A model generated the notes under the pieces. The model was not told the DNA's origin. It worked only from the letters and a program-made list of their open reading frames with translations, and did no database searches. Position numbers and translations under genes: made by a program. A stretch of DNA of 64,000 nucleotides from positions 3,744,001 through 3,808,000 of the forward strand of contig OZ242011.1 in assembly GCA_965204755.1 (NCBI GenBank), written 5' to 3'. Of this stretch, positions 17,726 through 28,122 are shown piece after piece. The DNA comes from Candidatus Marinacidobacterium sp. GTDB lineage: Bacteria; Acidobacteriota; Vicinamibacteria; Marinacidobacterales; Marinacidobacteraceae. Within the stretch, counting starts at the first letter, position 1. Each line of letters starts with the position of its first letter.

Positions 17726-19384
17726 TTGTTTCGAGTCCTTGCCGGCCCGGGCGGCCGCCTCCGCGCTCGGGGGCCGGGGGGCGCTCCCTCCCCGCACTCC
17801 TCCCCGGTCGGCGCTTCGCGCCGCCGAACGCTTCCCGGTCTTTCTCCGCGGGCCGTCGGGGCCGGTCGTCGGTTCCCCGCCGCCGGGCGGTTCCGCGCGG
17901 CGATCCTCGGCGGGACGGCGGTCTGGGCCGCGGCGGCGATCCCGGCGGGGGCTCGGAGCCCGGGTGGGGGGGCGCTGCCGTTCGCCTCGAGTCGGCCGCC
18001 GTCCGTCCAACCGCCCGCCCCCCCGGGTGGGGAGCAACCCCCGGCCGAAGCGCCTCGGGAGGGAGAGGCCGAGACGCAGGAAGAGGCGGAGGGGGAATCC
18101 GGGGCGGAAGAGGCCGAGGGCGGGGGAGAGGGCGGCGATGCCGGCGAGGACGCCGGGGAAGGCGAGGAAGAAGCGGACGAGGAGGAGTCGGGGCCCCGGC
18201 TCGCCGCGCTGGCGACGGCGCCGACCGGGATCCTCCCCGGCGTCGAGCAGGCGGCGCCGAACCCGGACCCCGGGAATCCGGTGGTGGACCTGCTCCTCGA
18301 GGAAGACGGTTTCGTCGCGCTCACGGCCGGTGGTCGGGTCGTGGCCTTCGGGCCGGAGGGGGGGCGCCCGCTCTGGGGGGTCATGGACGGCCGGGCGGCC
18401 GCGATCGGGCGGATCGAGGGGACGGTCGCGGTGCTGGACCGTGACGGCGGCGTCACGGTGCGGCGGCTGGCGGACGGGCGGCCGCTCTCCACCCCGGCGG
18501 GCCCGGGCTCGGGGGCGGGGAGGAGCGGCGACGCCCTCCCGACTTCGATCCTCGACCGGCCGACCGGTTGGTTCGGCCGCGGCCGACTCCTCCATGCTTC
18601 GGAGGGCCGCCTCTTCGGCCGGGATCTCCCCGGCGGCTCGCCGGTGTTCGAGGTCCTCTTCGAGGACGCCGGGGGCGGGGAAGGGGAAGGGGAAGGGAAG
18701 GAGGAGCGGCTTCCGGCGCGAGTCCTCGGGGCATCCTTCGAGGAGCCCGGCGCCGAACGACCGCGGGGGGCCTCCGGCGGTCGGTTCGGGCGGGTGGCGG
18801 TCTCGCTCGGCGACGGCGGCCTGGCGCTCCTCGACACCGAGAACGGCGAAATCCGCTGGCGCCGCGAGGGGATCGGCCGCATCACGCATCCGGCCCTGCT
18901 CGTCCCGGAGCGGGACCTGTTGGTCGTGGGGAGCGCCGAGGGGGAACTCCACGCCTTCCGCCTGAGCGACGGGCGCACCCGGTGGCGCCGGCGGCTCTAC
19001 GAGGGGTTCCGCCACCCGCCGCTCGCCAGCCGCGGCCGGCTCTACGCGGTGTCGGAAGCGAACTCCGTCTATTGCTTCGACCTCGGCCGGGGCGGGGAGA
19101 GGTGGCGCGCCGCCCTTCCGGGCCGGCCGGCGGGGGCGCCGCTCCGCCTCGCCGGGGCGCTGGTGGTGGCCGTCCGGGACGGGCTGGTCGTGGAGTTGCA
19201 GCCCGAGATCGGGAGCCGGATCGGGCGCGAACGGCGGCTCGACGCGGAAATCGCCGGCGTCGTCCGCGCCCGGGGGGACGGCCCGGGCGAGAACGGCTGG
19301 CGGAGACGGCGGCTGTACCTCGGACTCCGGGACGGCCGGCTCGCCGTCCTCGGCCCGCGAACCTCACTCCCCACCTCCCGCTGA
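17726..19384 (+). CDS. PQQ-like beta-propeller repeat protein (BamB-like) with acidic linker
   Basis: Repeated Trp-docking motifs (ENGEIRW, SDGRTRW, GGERW) and an E/G-rich linker. Start uncertain; TTG 17726 follows a TACAGT -10-like hexamer. Confidence 0.7.
   Translation: MFRVLAGPGGRLRARGPGGAPSPHSSPVGASRRRTLPGLSPRAVGAGRRFPAAGRFRAAILGGTAVWAAAAIPAGARSPGGGALPFASSRPPSVQPPAPPGGEQPPAEAPREGEAETQEEAEGESGAEEAEGGGEGGDAGEDAGEGEEEADEEESGPRLAALATAPTGILPGVEQAAPNPDPGNPVVDLLLEEDGFVALTAGGRVVAFGPEGGRPLWGVMDGRAAAIGRIEGTVAVLDRDGGVTVRRLADGRPLSTPAGPGSGAGRSGDALPTSILDRPTGWFGRGRLLHASEGRLFGRDLPGGSPVFEVLFEDAGGGEGEGEGKEERLPARVLGASFEEPGAERPRGASGGRFGRVAVSLGDGGLALLDTENGEIRWRREGIGRITHPALLVPERDLLVVGSAEGELHAFRLSDGRTRWRRRLYEGFRHPPLASRGRLYAVSEANSVYCFDLGRGGERWRAALPGRPAGAPLRLAGALVVAVRDGLVVELQPEIGSRIGRERRLDAEIAGVVRARGDGPGENGWRRRRLYLGLRDGRLAVLGPRTSLPTSR
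17786..17855 (+). repeat. Degenerate MITE fragment
   Basis: CCCTCCCCGCACTCCTCCCCGGTCGGCGCTTCGCGCCG...CTTTCTCCGCGGGCCG matches the right half of 3636-3856. Confidence 0.7.
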
Positions 19385-19531
19385 CCGGCGCCGGCGCGCG
19401 CCCGCCGGCCCCGACGAACGCGCCGGGACTCCCCGCCCTCGACGGGGTCTCGGCGGGGCCGTTCCGAAGCCGTTCCGAGACCGTTCCGGCGCCGGGTTTC
19501 GGCGCGGCGGACTGGTAGCATTTCGCCGCGG

Positions 19532-21085
19532 ATGAGTCGCTCTGAGGGCGGGGCGGAGTTCCTCCTCGTCCTCGACTTCGGGTCCCAATACACCCAACTC
19601 ATCGCCCGGCGGCTGCGGGAACTCGGGGTCTTCTGCGAGATCCGTCCCTGCAGCGACCCGGGGCCGCTGTCCGGCGCGTCGGCGCCGGCCGGAGTCGTCC
19701 TTTCCGGGGGGCCGGAGAGCGTCTATGCGGAGGGCGCGCCGGAGGCGCCGGCCGGGGTGTTCGCCCTGGAGGTCCCCGTGCTGGGGATCTGCTACGGGAT
19801 GCAGTTGATGGCCCGGGACTGCGGCGGCGAGGTGCGGCCGGCGCCCCGCCGCTCCTACGGGCCCGCGACCCTCCGCCGCAACGGCGCGAGCCGGCTGTTC
19901 GAGGGCGTTCCGGAGGAGTTCCGGGTGTGGGCGAGCCACGGGGACAGCGTGCAGGCCCTGCCCGAGGGCTTCCGGGGCGCCGCCCGCACCGAGGCGGCCG
20001 GCGTCGCGGCTTTCGAGAACGAGGAGTCCGGGCTCTACGCCCTCCAGTTCCACCCGGAAGTCGTCCACACGGAACACGGCGCAACCCTGTTGCGCAATTT
20101 CGCGCTCGACATCTGCGGGATGGCGGGCGGGTGGTCGCCACGGTCCCACGCCGAGCGCGCGGTGGCCGCGATCCGGGAGCAGGTGGGGGACGGAGGCGTG
20201 GTCTGCGGCGTCTCCGGGGGAGTGGACTCGACGGTGACCGCGATGCTGGCGCACCGCGCCGTCGGGGACCGCCTCCACTGCATCTTCGTGGACAACGGGG
20301 TGCTCCGGAAGAACGAAGCCCGGCGGGTGGCGGAAGGCTTCCGGCAGGGTCTCGGGATCCCGCTCCGCGTGGTGGACGCCTCCGCGAGGTTCCTCGAGCG
20401 CCTCGCCGGGGTGCGGAGTCCGGAGCGCAAGCGCAAGGTCATCGGCCGGGAGTTCATCCGGGTGTTCGAGGAGAGCGCCCGCGAGATCCCGGGGGCGGCG
20501 TTCCTCGCCCAGGGCACGCTCTACCCGGATGTCATCGAGAGCGTTTCCGTCCGGGGGCCTTCGGCGGTCATCAAGAGCCACCACAATGTGGGCGGGCTGC
20601 CGAAGCGGATGCGGCTGAGGCTGGTGGAGCCGCTGCGGGAATTGTTCAAGGACGAGGTGCGGGCGCTCGGAAGGGACCTCGGCGCCCCTCCGGAACTCGT
20701 CTCCCGCCATCCCTTCCCGGGCCCCGGTCTCGCGGTGCGGATGCTCGGGCCGGTGGAGCCGGCCGGGCTGGAAACGCTCCGCGAAGCGGACGCCATACTC
20801 GAAGAGGAACTCGTCGCCTCCGGCTGGTACGACCGCGTCTGGCAGGCGTTCTGCGTGCTCTTGCCGCTGCGCACGGTCGGGGTGATGGGGGACGCCCGCA
20901 CCTATGAGCGCGTCGCAGTCCTCCGGGTCGTGGAGAGCCGCGACGGGATGACCGCGGACTGGGCGGCGCTTCCCGCCGACCTCCTGACCCGGGTTTCCAA
21001 CCGGATCACCGGCGAAGTCCGCGGCGTGAACCGGGTGGTCCTGGACATCACCTCGAAACCGCCGGGCACCATCGAATGGGAGTAA
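19532..21085 (+). CDS. guaA: GMP synthase (glutamine-hydrolyzing)
   Basis: Motifs LDFGSQYTQLIARR, GICYGMQ, QFHPEV, SGGVDS, IKSHHNVGG, KPPGTIEWE. Confidence 0.98.
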   Translation: MSRSEGGAEFLLVLDFGSQYTQLIARRLRELGVFCEIRPCSDPGPLSGASAPAGVVLSGGPESVYAEGAPEAPAGVFALEVPVLGICYGMQLMARDCGGEVRPAPRRSYGPATLRRNGASRLFEGVPEEFRVWASHGDSVQALPEGFRGAARTEAAGVAAFENEESGLYALQFHPEVVHTEHGATLLRNFALDICGMAGGWSPRSHAERAVAAIREQVGDGGVVCGVSGGVDSTVTAMLAHRAVGDRLHCIFVDNGVLRKNEARRVAEGFRQGLGIPLRVVDASARFLERLAGVRSPERKRKVIGREFIRVFEESAREIPGAAFLAQGTLYPDVIESVSVRGPSAVIKSHHNVGGLPKRMRLRLVEPLRELFKDEVRALGRDLGAPPELVSRHPFPGPGLAVRMLGPVEPAGLETLREADAILEEELVASGWYDRVWQAFCVLLPLRTVGVMGDARTYERVAVLRVVESRDGMTADWAALPADLLTRVSNRITGEVRGVNRVVLDITSKPPGTIEWE

Positions 21086-24000
21086 CGCCCCCCGCGGCCG
21101 CGCGGCCGTTCGCGCACCTCCACACGCATACCGAGTACTCGCTCCTCGACGGGATGAGCCGGATTCCCGGGCTCGTCCGACGGGCCGCGGCGGACGGGAT
21201 GCCGGCCGTGGCGATCACCGACCACGGCAACCTCATCGGCGCGTTCAAGATGCACCGGGCGGCCCGCGAAGCGGGCATCAAGCCGATCCTCGGTTGCGAG
21301 GCCTATGTGGCTCCGGGCAGCCGGAAGGAGAAGAACAAGGACGCCGACAACCAGCACCTGGTGCTGCTCGCGAAGAACGAGACCGGCTACCGGAACCTGC
21401 TGCGGCTGACCTCCATCGCCCACAAGGACGGCTACCACTACAAGCCGCGGATGGACTTCGACCTGCTCGAGGAGCACCACGAAGGACTCATCGCCCTTTC
21501 GGCCTGCCCCAAGGGGATCGTGCCCCGCGAGATCGTGGAGGACGGCGACCCGCTCGAGGTCGCCGGCCGCTACCTGGAGGTCTTCGGCAAGGGCAACTAC
21601 TTCCTCGAGATCATGGACCACTCTCCCGCCGGGGAGCCGGAGGGGGCGGCGGCGCGGCTGAGCGGACTGGAACGCCGAATCGCGGAAGGAGCGATCCAAC
21701 TCTCGCGGCGGACCGGGATTCCGCTGGTGGGCACCAACGACTCCCACTACGAGGGGCGGGGAGACGCCCGCGCCCACGACTTCCGGCTCTGCATCAGCAC
21801 GAACACCACCTACTCGAGCGAGAAGCGGCTCCGGTTCGACTCCGAGGAGTTCTATTTCAAGTCCTCCGCCGAGATGCGGAAGGTGTTCGCCTCCTGCCCG
21901 GAGGCCTACGCGAACACGCTGGAGATCGCGGAACGGATCGAAGACTACGACCTGGTCCGGAAAGAGAGCCTGCTTCCGGATTTCGAGGTTCCCGCGGACA
22001 TCACGCTCGACGAGCACTTCGAGCGGAGCGTCCGGGACGGGCTCGCCGCGCGCCTCGAAGTCGAAGCCGCCCACGGCGAGCGCCCGCCCCGTTCCGACTA
22101 CGAGGCGCGGCTCGAAGTCGAACTCGGCGTGATCCGCCGGACCGGGTACTCCGCGTACTTCCTGATCGTCCAGGACTTCGTCCGTTTCGCCCGGCGGAAG
22201 CGGATCCCGGTGGGGCCGGGGAGGGGTTCCGCCGCGGGCAGCCTGGTCGCCTACGCGCTCGGCATCACCGGCATAGACCCGCTCGCCCACGGCCTGCTCT
22301 TCGAGCGGTTCCTGAACCCGGACCGGGTGAGCCCCCCGGACATCGATGTGGACTTCTGCGAAATCCGGCGCGAAGAGGTCCTCGACTATGTGTCGGAGAA
22401 GTACGGCAGCGACCGGGTCGCCCAGATCCTGACCCTCGGCACGCTCCAGGCGAAGTTGGCGGTCCGGGATGTGGCCCGGATGCTCGAAGTGCCGGGCGCG
22501 GAGATCGACCGGCTGGCCAAACTCATCCCCGACGGGGTGGGGCTGGAACAGGCGTTCGAGCGCGAACCCCGGCTGAAGGAAGCGGTCGGGAGCGACCGGC
22601 GGCTCACGGAGATCTTCGAGATCGCGAAGCGGCTCGAAGGGCTGGCCCGGAACATCGGGACGCACGCCGCGGGCGTGGTGGTCGCGCCCCGCCCCCTCGA
22701 AGAGGTGCTGCCGCTCTACCGCGATGTGGAGCCGGCCGGCGGCCGGGGAGCGGCCGCCGCCGGCGAGGGGCGCCGACGGACCCAGTTCGACATGAAGGAC
22801 TGCGAGGCCGTCGGTCTGTTCAAGATGGACTTCCTCGGGCTCCGGGCCCTCACCCAGATCGAGGACTGCGCGCGGCGGATCGAAGAGGACCCGGACCTCG
22901 AACTCCCCCCGGGAGAAGCGGACGCGGTCCGCGCCATCCGCGACGGCGACTTCGAGAAGGTGCCGCCGGATCCCCGGGCCTTCGAGTTGTTCTCCCGGGC
23001 GGACACCGACGGCCTCTTCCAGTTCGAGAGTTCCGGGATGCGCCGCCTGCTCGCCCGCTACCGGCCGGAGACGCTCGACGACCTCGCGGCGCTCAACGCG
23101 CTCTACCGGCCGGGGCCGCTCGAGAGCGGCATGACCGACGAGTTCGTGGAGACGAAACGCCAGGGGCGGGACTCCCGGAAACTGGACGAGCGCGTACGCC
23201 GGCTGTTCACCGAGACCCGCGGGCTCATCGTCTACCAGGAGCAGGTGATGTGGGCGGCGCGGGAACTCGCCGGCTACTCGCTCGCCCAAGCGGACATCCT
23301 GCGGAAGGCGATGGGCAAGAAGGATCCCGCGGTCATGGCGGCCCAGGAGAAGGCCTTCGTCGAAGGCGCCTCGGAGCGGGGGCTCCCCCGGAAGGTCGCG
23401 CAGGAGACCTTCGCGCAGATCGCCAAGTTCGCCGGGTACGGGTTCAACCGCGCGCACGCTGTCGGGTACGCCCTCGTGGCCTATGTGTCCGGCTGGCTCA
23501 AGGCCCTCTACCCGGTGCACTTCATGGCCTCGCTGCTGACCGCGCAGCAGCGTTCTTCGGACAAGGACGACCGGATCGCGCGGACGCGGAACAGCGCCGA
23601 GGAACGCGGCATCCGGGTGTTGCCGCCTGACCTCCGGTCGAGCGGCGCCGACGCCCGGGTCGAAAAGGGCGCGGTGCGCTTCGGGCTCGCCGCGCTCAAG
23701 GGAGTGGGGCAACCGGCGGCGCGGGCGGTGGTCGAAGCGCGGGAAACCCTCGGCGGGGTCCGCACCCTGGCCGAACTCCTGGGGGAGTTGGACCTCCGGG
23801 CGGTGAACCGGGGCGTCCTAGAGGCGTTCGCCGGCGCCGGGGCGCTGGACTTCCTGGGCGTCCCCCGTTCCCAGGTGTCGGCCGCCATCCCCCAAGCGAT
23901 CCGAGCCGCCCAGCGGGCCCGCGCCCGGAAGGACGAAGGGGCGCAGGCGCTCTTCGGCGGCGGGGGCGAACGCCCTGCGGACGCCTTCGCGGAGGCGCCG

Positions 24001-24669
24001 GAGTGGAGCGAGGAGGAGCGGCTGCGGCGGGAGCGGGAGGCGCTCGGCTTCTATTGGCGCGGGCATCCGGCGAAGGCTTACCGGGAGGCGCTCCGCGGCT
24101 GGGTCTCCGGGCCGATCAGCAGCGTGACGAGTTCGGGCGAACAGGAAGTGCGGATCGTGGGGCTCGTGCGGCGGCTGCGGAAACGGACGACCCGCGACGG
24201 CCGGCCCATGGCCAACTTCGCGGTCGAGGACGAGACCGGCCACCTCTCCGTGGTGGTGTTTCCCGGAGAGTGGGAGCACTGTCCGAGCCTCGAACAGGAA
24301 CCGGCGGTCTGCGTCTCCGGGCGGACGCGGAAGGACAGCGGCGCCTCTGCCGACGACCCGCCGGAGATCTCGGCGTCCCGGGTCCTCCTCGCGTCGGCGG
24401 CGCCGTTCGAGTTCGCCCAGCGGGTGGATCTCGAAGTCGCGGATCCGACGGAGGTTCGGCGGAGTCTGGAACTCCTGGTGGGTCGTCACCCGGGGACAGC
24501 GACCTTGCAACTTCGACTGGGGGCGAAGGGGGCCGGGTCGGCGCTGCGGGTGGGCGCCGGCGTTCGCCCGAACGCGGAGTTCGCCGCCGAGGCGATTTCC
24601 GTTCTCGGCCCGGACGCCGTGTGGCTGAACGACCGCCCGCTCCCGTCCTTCGCGCTCCGGTCGGCCTGA
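21076..24669 (+). CDS. dnaE: DNA polymerase III alpha subunit
   Basis: Motifs HLHTHTEYSLLDG, GPGRGSAAGS, PDIDVDF, KMDFLGL, YGFNRAH. Confidence 0.97.
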   Translation: MGVTPPAAARPFAHLHTHTEYSLLDGMSRIPGLVRRAAADGMPAVAITDHGNLIGAFKMHRAAREAGIKPILGCEAYVAPGSRKEKNKDADNQHLVLLAKNETGYRNLLRLTSIAHKDGYHYKPRMDFDLLEEHHEGLIALSACPKGIVPREIVEDGDPLEVAGRYLEVFGKGNYFLEIMDHSPAGEPEGAAARLSGLERRIAEGAIQLSRRTGIPLVGTNDSHYEGRGDARAHDFRLCISTNTTYSSEKRLRFDSEEFYFKSSAEMRKVFASCPEAYANTLEIAERIEDYDLVRKESLLPDFEVPADITLDEHFERSVRDGLAARLEVEAAHGERPPRSDYEARLEVELGVIRRTGYSAYFLIVQDFVRFARRKRIPVGPGRGSAAGSLVAYALGITGIDPLAHGLLFERFLNPDRVSPPDIDVDFCEIRREEVLDYVSEKYGSDRVAQILTLGTLQAKLAVRDVARMLEVPGAEIDRLAKLIPDGVGLEQAFEREPRLKEAVGSDRRLTEIFEIAKRLEGLARNIGTHAAGVVVAPRPLEEVLPLYRDVEPAGGRGAAAAGEGRRRTQFDMKDCEAVGLFKMDFLGLRALTQIEDCARRIEEDPDLELPPGEADAVRAIRDGDFEKVPPDPRAFELFSRADTDGLFQFESSGMRRLLARYRPETLDDLAALNALYRPGPLESGMTDEFVETKRQGRDSRKLDERVRRLFTETRGLIVYQEQVMWAARELAGYSLAQADILRKAMGKKDPAVMAAQEKAFVEGASERGLPRKVAQETFAQIAKFAGYGFNRAHAVGYALVAYVSGWLKALYPVHFMASLLTAQQRSSDKDDRIARTRNSAEERGIRVLPPDLRSSGADARVEKGAVRFGLAALKGVGQPAARAVVEARETLGGVRTLAELLGELDLRAVNRGVLEAFAGAGALDFLGVPRSQVSAAIPQAIRAAQRARARKDEGAQALFGGGGERPADAFAEAPEWSEEERLRREREALGFYWRGHPAKAYREALRGWVSGPISSVTSSGEQEVRIVGLVRRLRKRTTRDGRPMANFAVEDETGHLSVVVFPGEWEHCPSLEQEPAVCVSGRTRKDSGASADDPPEISASRVLLASAAPFEFAQRVDLEVADPTEVRRSLELLVGRHPGTATLQLRLGAKGAGSALRVGAGVRPNAEFAAEAISVLGPDAVWLNDRPLPSFALRSA

Positions 24670-24739
24670 CCTCGTCCGCCCCGGTCCGTCCCGGCCAGCC
24701 CCGGGCGGTCCCGGCCAGCCCCGGGCGGCGGGGACGCGT

Positions 24740-24755
24740 TGGTACGCGGATTGCT
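24740..24755 (+). promoter_or_regulatory. Sigma54 (-24/-12) promoter-like site
   Basis: TGGTACG-CGGA-TTGCT; GG at 24741-42 and GC at 24753-54 with the canonical 10-nt spacing. Confidence 0.65.
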
Positions 24756-24783
24756 ATCGCGCCGCCCGCTAAACTGCCCCGCA

Positions 24784-25839
24784 GTGCAGAGCGAGTTCCT
24801 CGACTTCGAGTCCGACATCCGCGCCGCCGTTCTCCGCATCGAGGCGCTGACCGGGTTTCCCGACCGGCGTCGGGAGGAGATCGCCCGGCTCGAACGCGAA
24901 CTCCGCCGCGTGCGGGAGCGGGTCTATGGCGGTCTCACCCCGTGGCAACGCGTCCAGGTGGCGCGCCACCCGGAGCGGCCGTACTGCCTCGACTATGTGG
25001 AGCGGCTGTTCACCGGGTTCACGGAACTCCACGGCGACCGGCGCTTCGCCGACGATCCGGCGGTCGTCGGAGGTCCGGCCTGGTTCGCCGGACAGCCGGT
25101 GATGGTCATCGGCCAGCAGAAGGGCCGGGACACCGCGCAGCGGATCCGCCGGAACTACGGGATGCCGCGTCCGGAGGGCTACCGGAAGGCGCTCCGGCTC
25201 ATGAAACTGGCGGAGAAGTTCCAACGCCCGGTGATCACCCTGGTGGACACCCCCGGAGCGTTCCCGGGGATCGAGGCCGAGGAACGGGGCCAGGCGGAGG
25301 CGATCGCCGTGAACCTGCGGGAGATGGCCCGACTGGAGGTCCCGATCGTGGTCGCGGTGATCGGGGAGGGCGGAAGCGGCGGCGCGCTCGGCATCGCGGT
25401 GGGGGACCGGATCCTGATGATGGAGAACGCGGTCTATTCGGTGATTTCGCCGGAAGGATGCGCGGCGATCCTGTGGAAGAACCCCGACAGCGTCCGGGAC
25501 GCCGCCGCCGAGGCGGCGAAGCGGATGCGGATCACGGCGGGCGAGCACCTCGAAAACGGCATCGTGGACGAGATCGTCCCCGAACCCGCCGGCGGCGCGC
25601 ACGCCGATCCGGACCTGGCGGCGGAACTGCTGGGGGAGCGGCTGCGCCGCGCGCTTCGAGCGGTCTCCGGGCTCGCCCCGGCCGAAAGGCGGCGCGAGCG
25701 GTTTCGGAAGTTCCGCGGCATGGGGCGGGTCGGTCTCGAAGAGTTCGATCCGGAGGAGGTGGGAGACCTCGAATTCGGCGCGCCCGCTCCCGGCGGGGGC
25801 GCCCCGGCCACCGGCGCCCGGGCGTCGGGACCGCGCTAG
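24784..25839 (+). CDS. accA: Acetyl-CoA carboxylase carboxyltransferase alpha subunit
   Basis: Motifs [52 protein letters not shown]. Confidence 0.97.
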   Translation: MQSEFLDFESDIRAAVLRIEALTGFPDRRREEIARLERELRRVRERVYGGLTPWQRVQVARHPERPYCLDYVERLFTGFTELHGDRRFADDPAVVGGPAWFAGQPVMVIGQQKGRDTAQRIRRNYGMPRPEGYRKALRLMKLAEKFQRPVITLVDTPGAFPGIEAEERGQAEAIAVNLREMARLEVPIVVAVIGEGGSGGALGIAVGDRILMMENAVYSVISPEGCAAILWKNPDSVRDAAAEAAKRMRITAGEHLENGIVDEIVPEPAGGAHADPDLAAELLGERLRRALRAVSGLAPAERRRERFRKFRGMGRVGLEEFDPEEVGDLEFGAPAPGGGAPATGARASGPR

Positions 25840-25899
25840 AGGGCGCGGGCCGAGAGCGCGGGGTCTCCCGACGCCCCCGAGTACGGACTGCATTCCGTC

Positions 25900-28122
25900 A
25901 TGCCTCCCTCCCCGAGCGCCCGGCCGCTCCGGCGGTTTCTCCGGCGGGCGTCGGCGGCGCTCGTTCCGGTGCTGGCGGTGGCCGCGTTCTCGGCCTTCAC
26001 CGCGTTCTTGGTCCTGCGCCTCCGGGAAGGGTTCGACCGCCGGGTCGCCGGCGAGGCCGCGGAAACCACCGAGGAGCCGGAAGATGTGGTCTCCCGCGCG
26101 ATCGAGTTCACGCTGGACGAGCAGGGCGAGCCGCTCCTCCGGGTGGTCGCCGAGGAAGCGACCGGGCGGAGCGACGGGGTCCAGCGCTTCCTCGGGGTCA
26201 GCGCCCGGTTCTTCGAGACCTGGGAGGGCGGCGACTCGGAGATCGCCGCCGACGAACTGCTGCTGGACGCCGCCGGCGGCTCCTTGCAGTTCCTCGGGAA
26301 CGCCCGGTTGACCACCGAGGGGCTGGAACTCGGGGGGCCGCACCTGCGCTTTCGCCGGACGCCCGACCAACTGTGGTCGAACGAAGTCGTCCAGTTCGCG
26401 ACCGAGGACTTCTTCGGGGTGGCGCTCTCGTTCCGGTTCCATCTCGAATCCCGCGAGGTGCACCTGCGCGGGGTGGCGGTCACGCCTTCCGGCGGCGAAG
26501 GGGTCTCCGCCGCCGCCGAGAGCGCGGTCTTCGACCCGGAGACCGGGGACACCACCCTGTTCGGGGAAGTGGAAATGGCGAGCGACGAAGTGATCCTCAC
26601 TTCCCGGGAAAATGTGGTCCTGCGCCGGGACCCGGAACTCGGCCGTATCGTCGCCGTCGAGGCCGGGTTCGGAAGCCGGCTGCTTCTCGCGGCGCGAGCG
26701 CCGGAGGCGGCGTCGGGGGCGGCGGAGGCGCCAGGCGCCGACGAGGAGGGCGCGGAGGGGGCGCCGGGCTCTGCGGCGTCGGAGGAGGCGGCGGCGGTCG
26801 ATGGCGGCGAGGAGCGGACGGCCGGGGCGGCGGCTCCGGTCCTCCACGGGGACTTCGTCCGGATCGAAATCGGGGAGGGGCGGCGTCCGCGGAGCATCGC
26901 GGTGGAGCAGGGCCCGCTGCTCCGCACGCCGGACGGCGCCGAACTCCGCGGCGACCGGGCGGAAGTCCGCTTCGCCGAATCCGGTGAGGAGGGGCGCCGG
27001 CGCGGGCACATGATCCGCTTCACCGGCGATGTCCGCTCCGAAGTGCTGACTCGGGGCCCGGACGAACGGATCGTGCGGGTCGAATCCGATCGCGCGGAGA
27101 TCTCGCTCGACGCCGGCGGCGACCCGGAGCGCGGCCAGTTCCGGGGAGGGATCCGGGTGGACGCCGGCGGGGCGCGGGCGTTCGCCGAGATGGCCTACTG
27201 GGACGGTGACTCCACGCTGGCGCTCGGCGGCTCTCCCCGGGTCGAGGACTCGGCGCTGCTCGACCTCGAAGCGCGGCAGATCATCGTGGTGGTCGGCGAG
27301 GCCACCGCGATCGAAGCGAGCGGCCGGGTGGCGGCGCGCTTTTCGGTCTCGCGGCTGTCCTGGCTGCCGGGCGAGTTCGAGAGCGCCGGCCTCTTCGCCG
27401 AGGCAGCGCGGATGGAGAGCGGCAGCGGGCGGGCGCTGTTCGAGGGGGAGGTGCGCCTCCTGTTCGGCGGGAGCCGGTTCGAGTCGGAGGAGTTGGAACT
27501 CGACGCCGAAGAGCGCGTCCTGGTCGCCGCCGGCGCGGTGCGGAGCGCGATGGAGATCGGTCTCGACCGGGGCGGGGCGGGCGGCGGCGGCGACAGCGCC
27601 GTCGGCGACGGCGTGAACGGGGACGGTTCGGGAGGCGAAGGCCACGCAGGCGAAGGCCCGGCAGGCGAAGGCCCGGCGGGCGAAGGCGGGGCGGGGGCCG
27701 CCCGGTTCACGGCGCGCGCGGAGCGGTTCGACTTCCGGGCGGCGGAGGGGCGGATGCGCTGGAGCGGGACGCCGAGTCTCGAAGTCACCCTCGGGGACGA
27801 AGGCGAGGCGCCGACCCGGGTCACCGCCGGGGAAGTCTCGGCCGAACTCAGCGAGTCGGGCGCCATGACAGCGGTGGTCGGCGACCACGCCGCCCGGTTC
27901 GAGCGGAGCGGTCAGCGCGCCGACGGCCGGCGGATCCGTTACCGGCCGGAAGAGGGGATCCTCGAAGCCTGGGGCGCCCCGGCGACCGTAACCGCCGACG
28001 GGCGCTCTTCCGAGGGCGGCCGGTTGCGCATCGAATTCGACGGGGCCCGGTCCGAGGCGGAAGCGAGCCGGGCCCGGCGGGCCTCCGCCCGCAGCCGGCG
28101 GAACCGGGGAACGGGCCGATGA
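25900..28122 (+). CDS. LptC/LptA (OstA-like) LPS export beta-jellyroll protein
   Basis: Single N-terminal TM followed by repeated beta-rich OstA-like segments; directly upstream of lptB. Confidence 0.75.
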   Translation: MPPSPSARPLRRFLRRASAALVPVLAVAAFSAFTAFLVLRLREGFDRRVAGEAAETTEEPEDVVSRAIEFTLDEQGEPLLRVVAEEATGRSDGVQRFLGVSARFFETWEGGDSEIAADELLLDAAGGSLQFLGNARLTTEGLELGGPHLRFRRTPDQLWSNEVVQFATEDFFGVALSFRFHLESREVHLRGVAVTPSGGEGVSAAAESAVFDPETGDTTLFGEVEMASDEVILTSRENVVLRRDPELGRIVAVEAGFGSRLLLAARAPEAASGAAEAPGADEEGAEGAPGSAASEEAAAVDGGEERTAGAAAPVLHGDFVRIEIGEGRRPRSIAVEQGPLLRTPDGAELRGDRAEVRFAESGEEGRRRGHMIRFTGDVRSEVLTRGPDERIVRVESDRAEISLDAGGDPERGQFRGGIRVDAGGARAFAEMAYWDGDSTLALGGSPRVEDSALLDLEARQIIVVVGEATAIEASGRVAARFSVSRLSWLPGEFESAGLFAEAARMESGSGRALFEGEVRLLFGGSRFESEELELDAEERVLVAAGAVRSAMEIGLDRGGAGGGGDSAVGDGVNGDGSGGEGHAGEGPAGEGPAGEGGAGAARFTARAERFDFRAAEGRMRWSGTPSLEVTLGDEGEAPTRVTAGEVSAELSESGAMTAVVGDHAARFERSGQRADGRRIRYRPEEGILEAWGAPATVTADGRSSEGGRLRIEFDGARSEAEASRARRASARSRRNRGTGR

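Noticed and set aside
27634-27690. 15-bp tandem repeats (GEGPA-like) in the lptA-like gene
   Set aside because: Low-complexity linker expansion with no evidence of special function.
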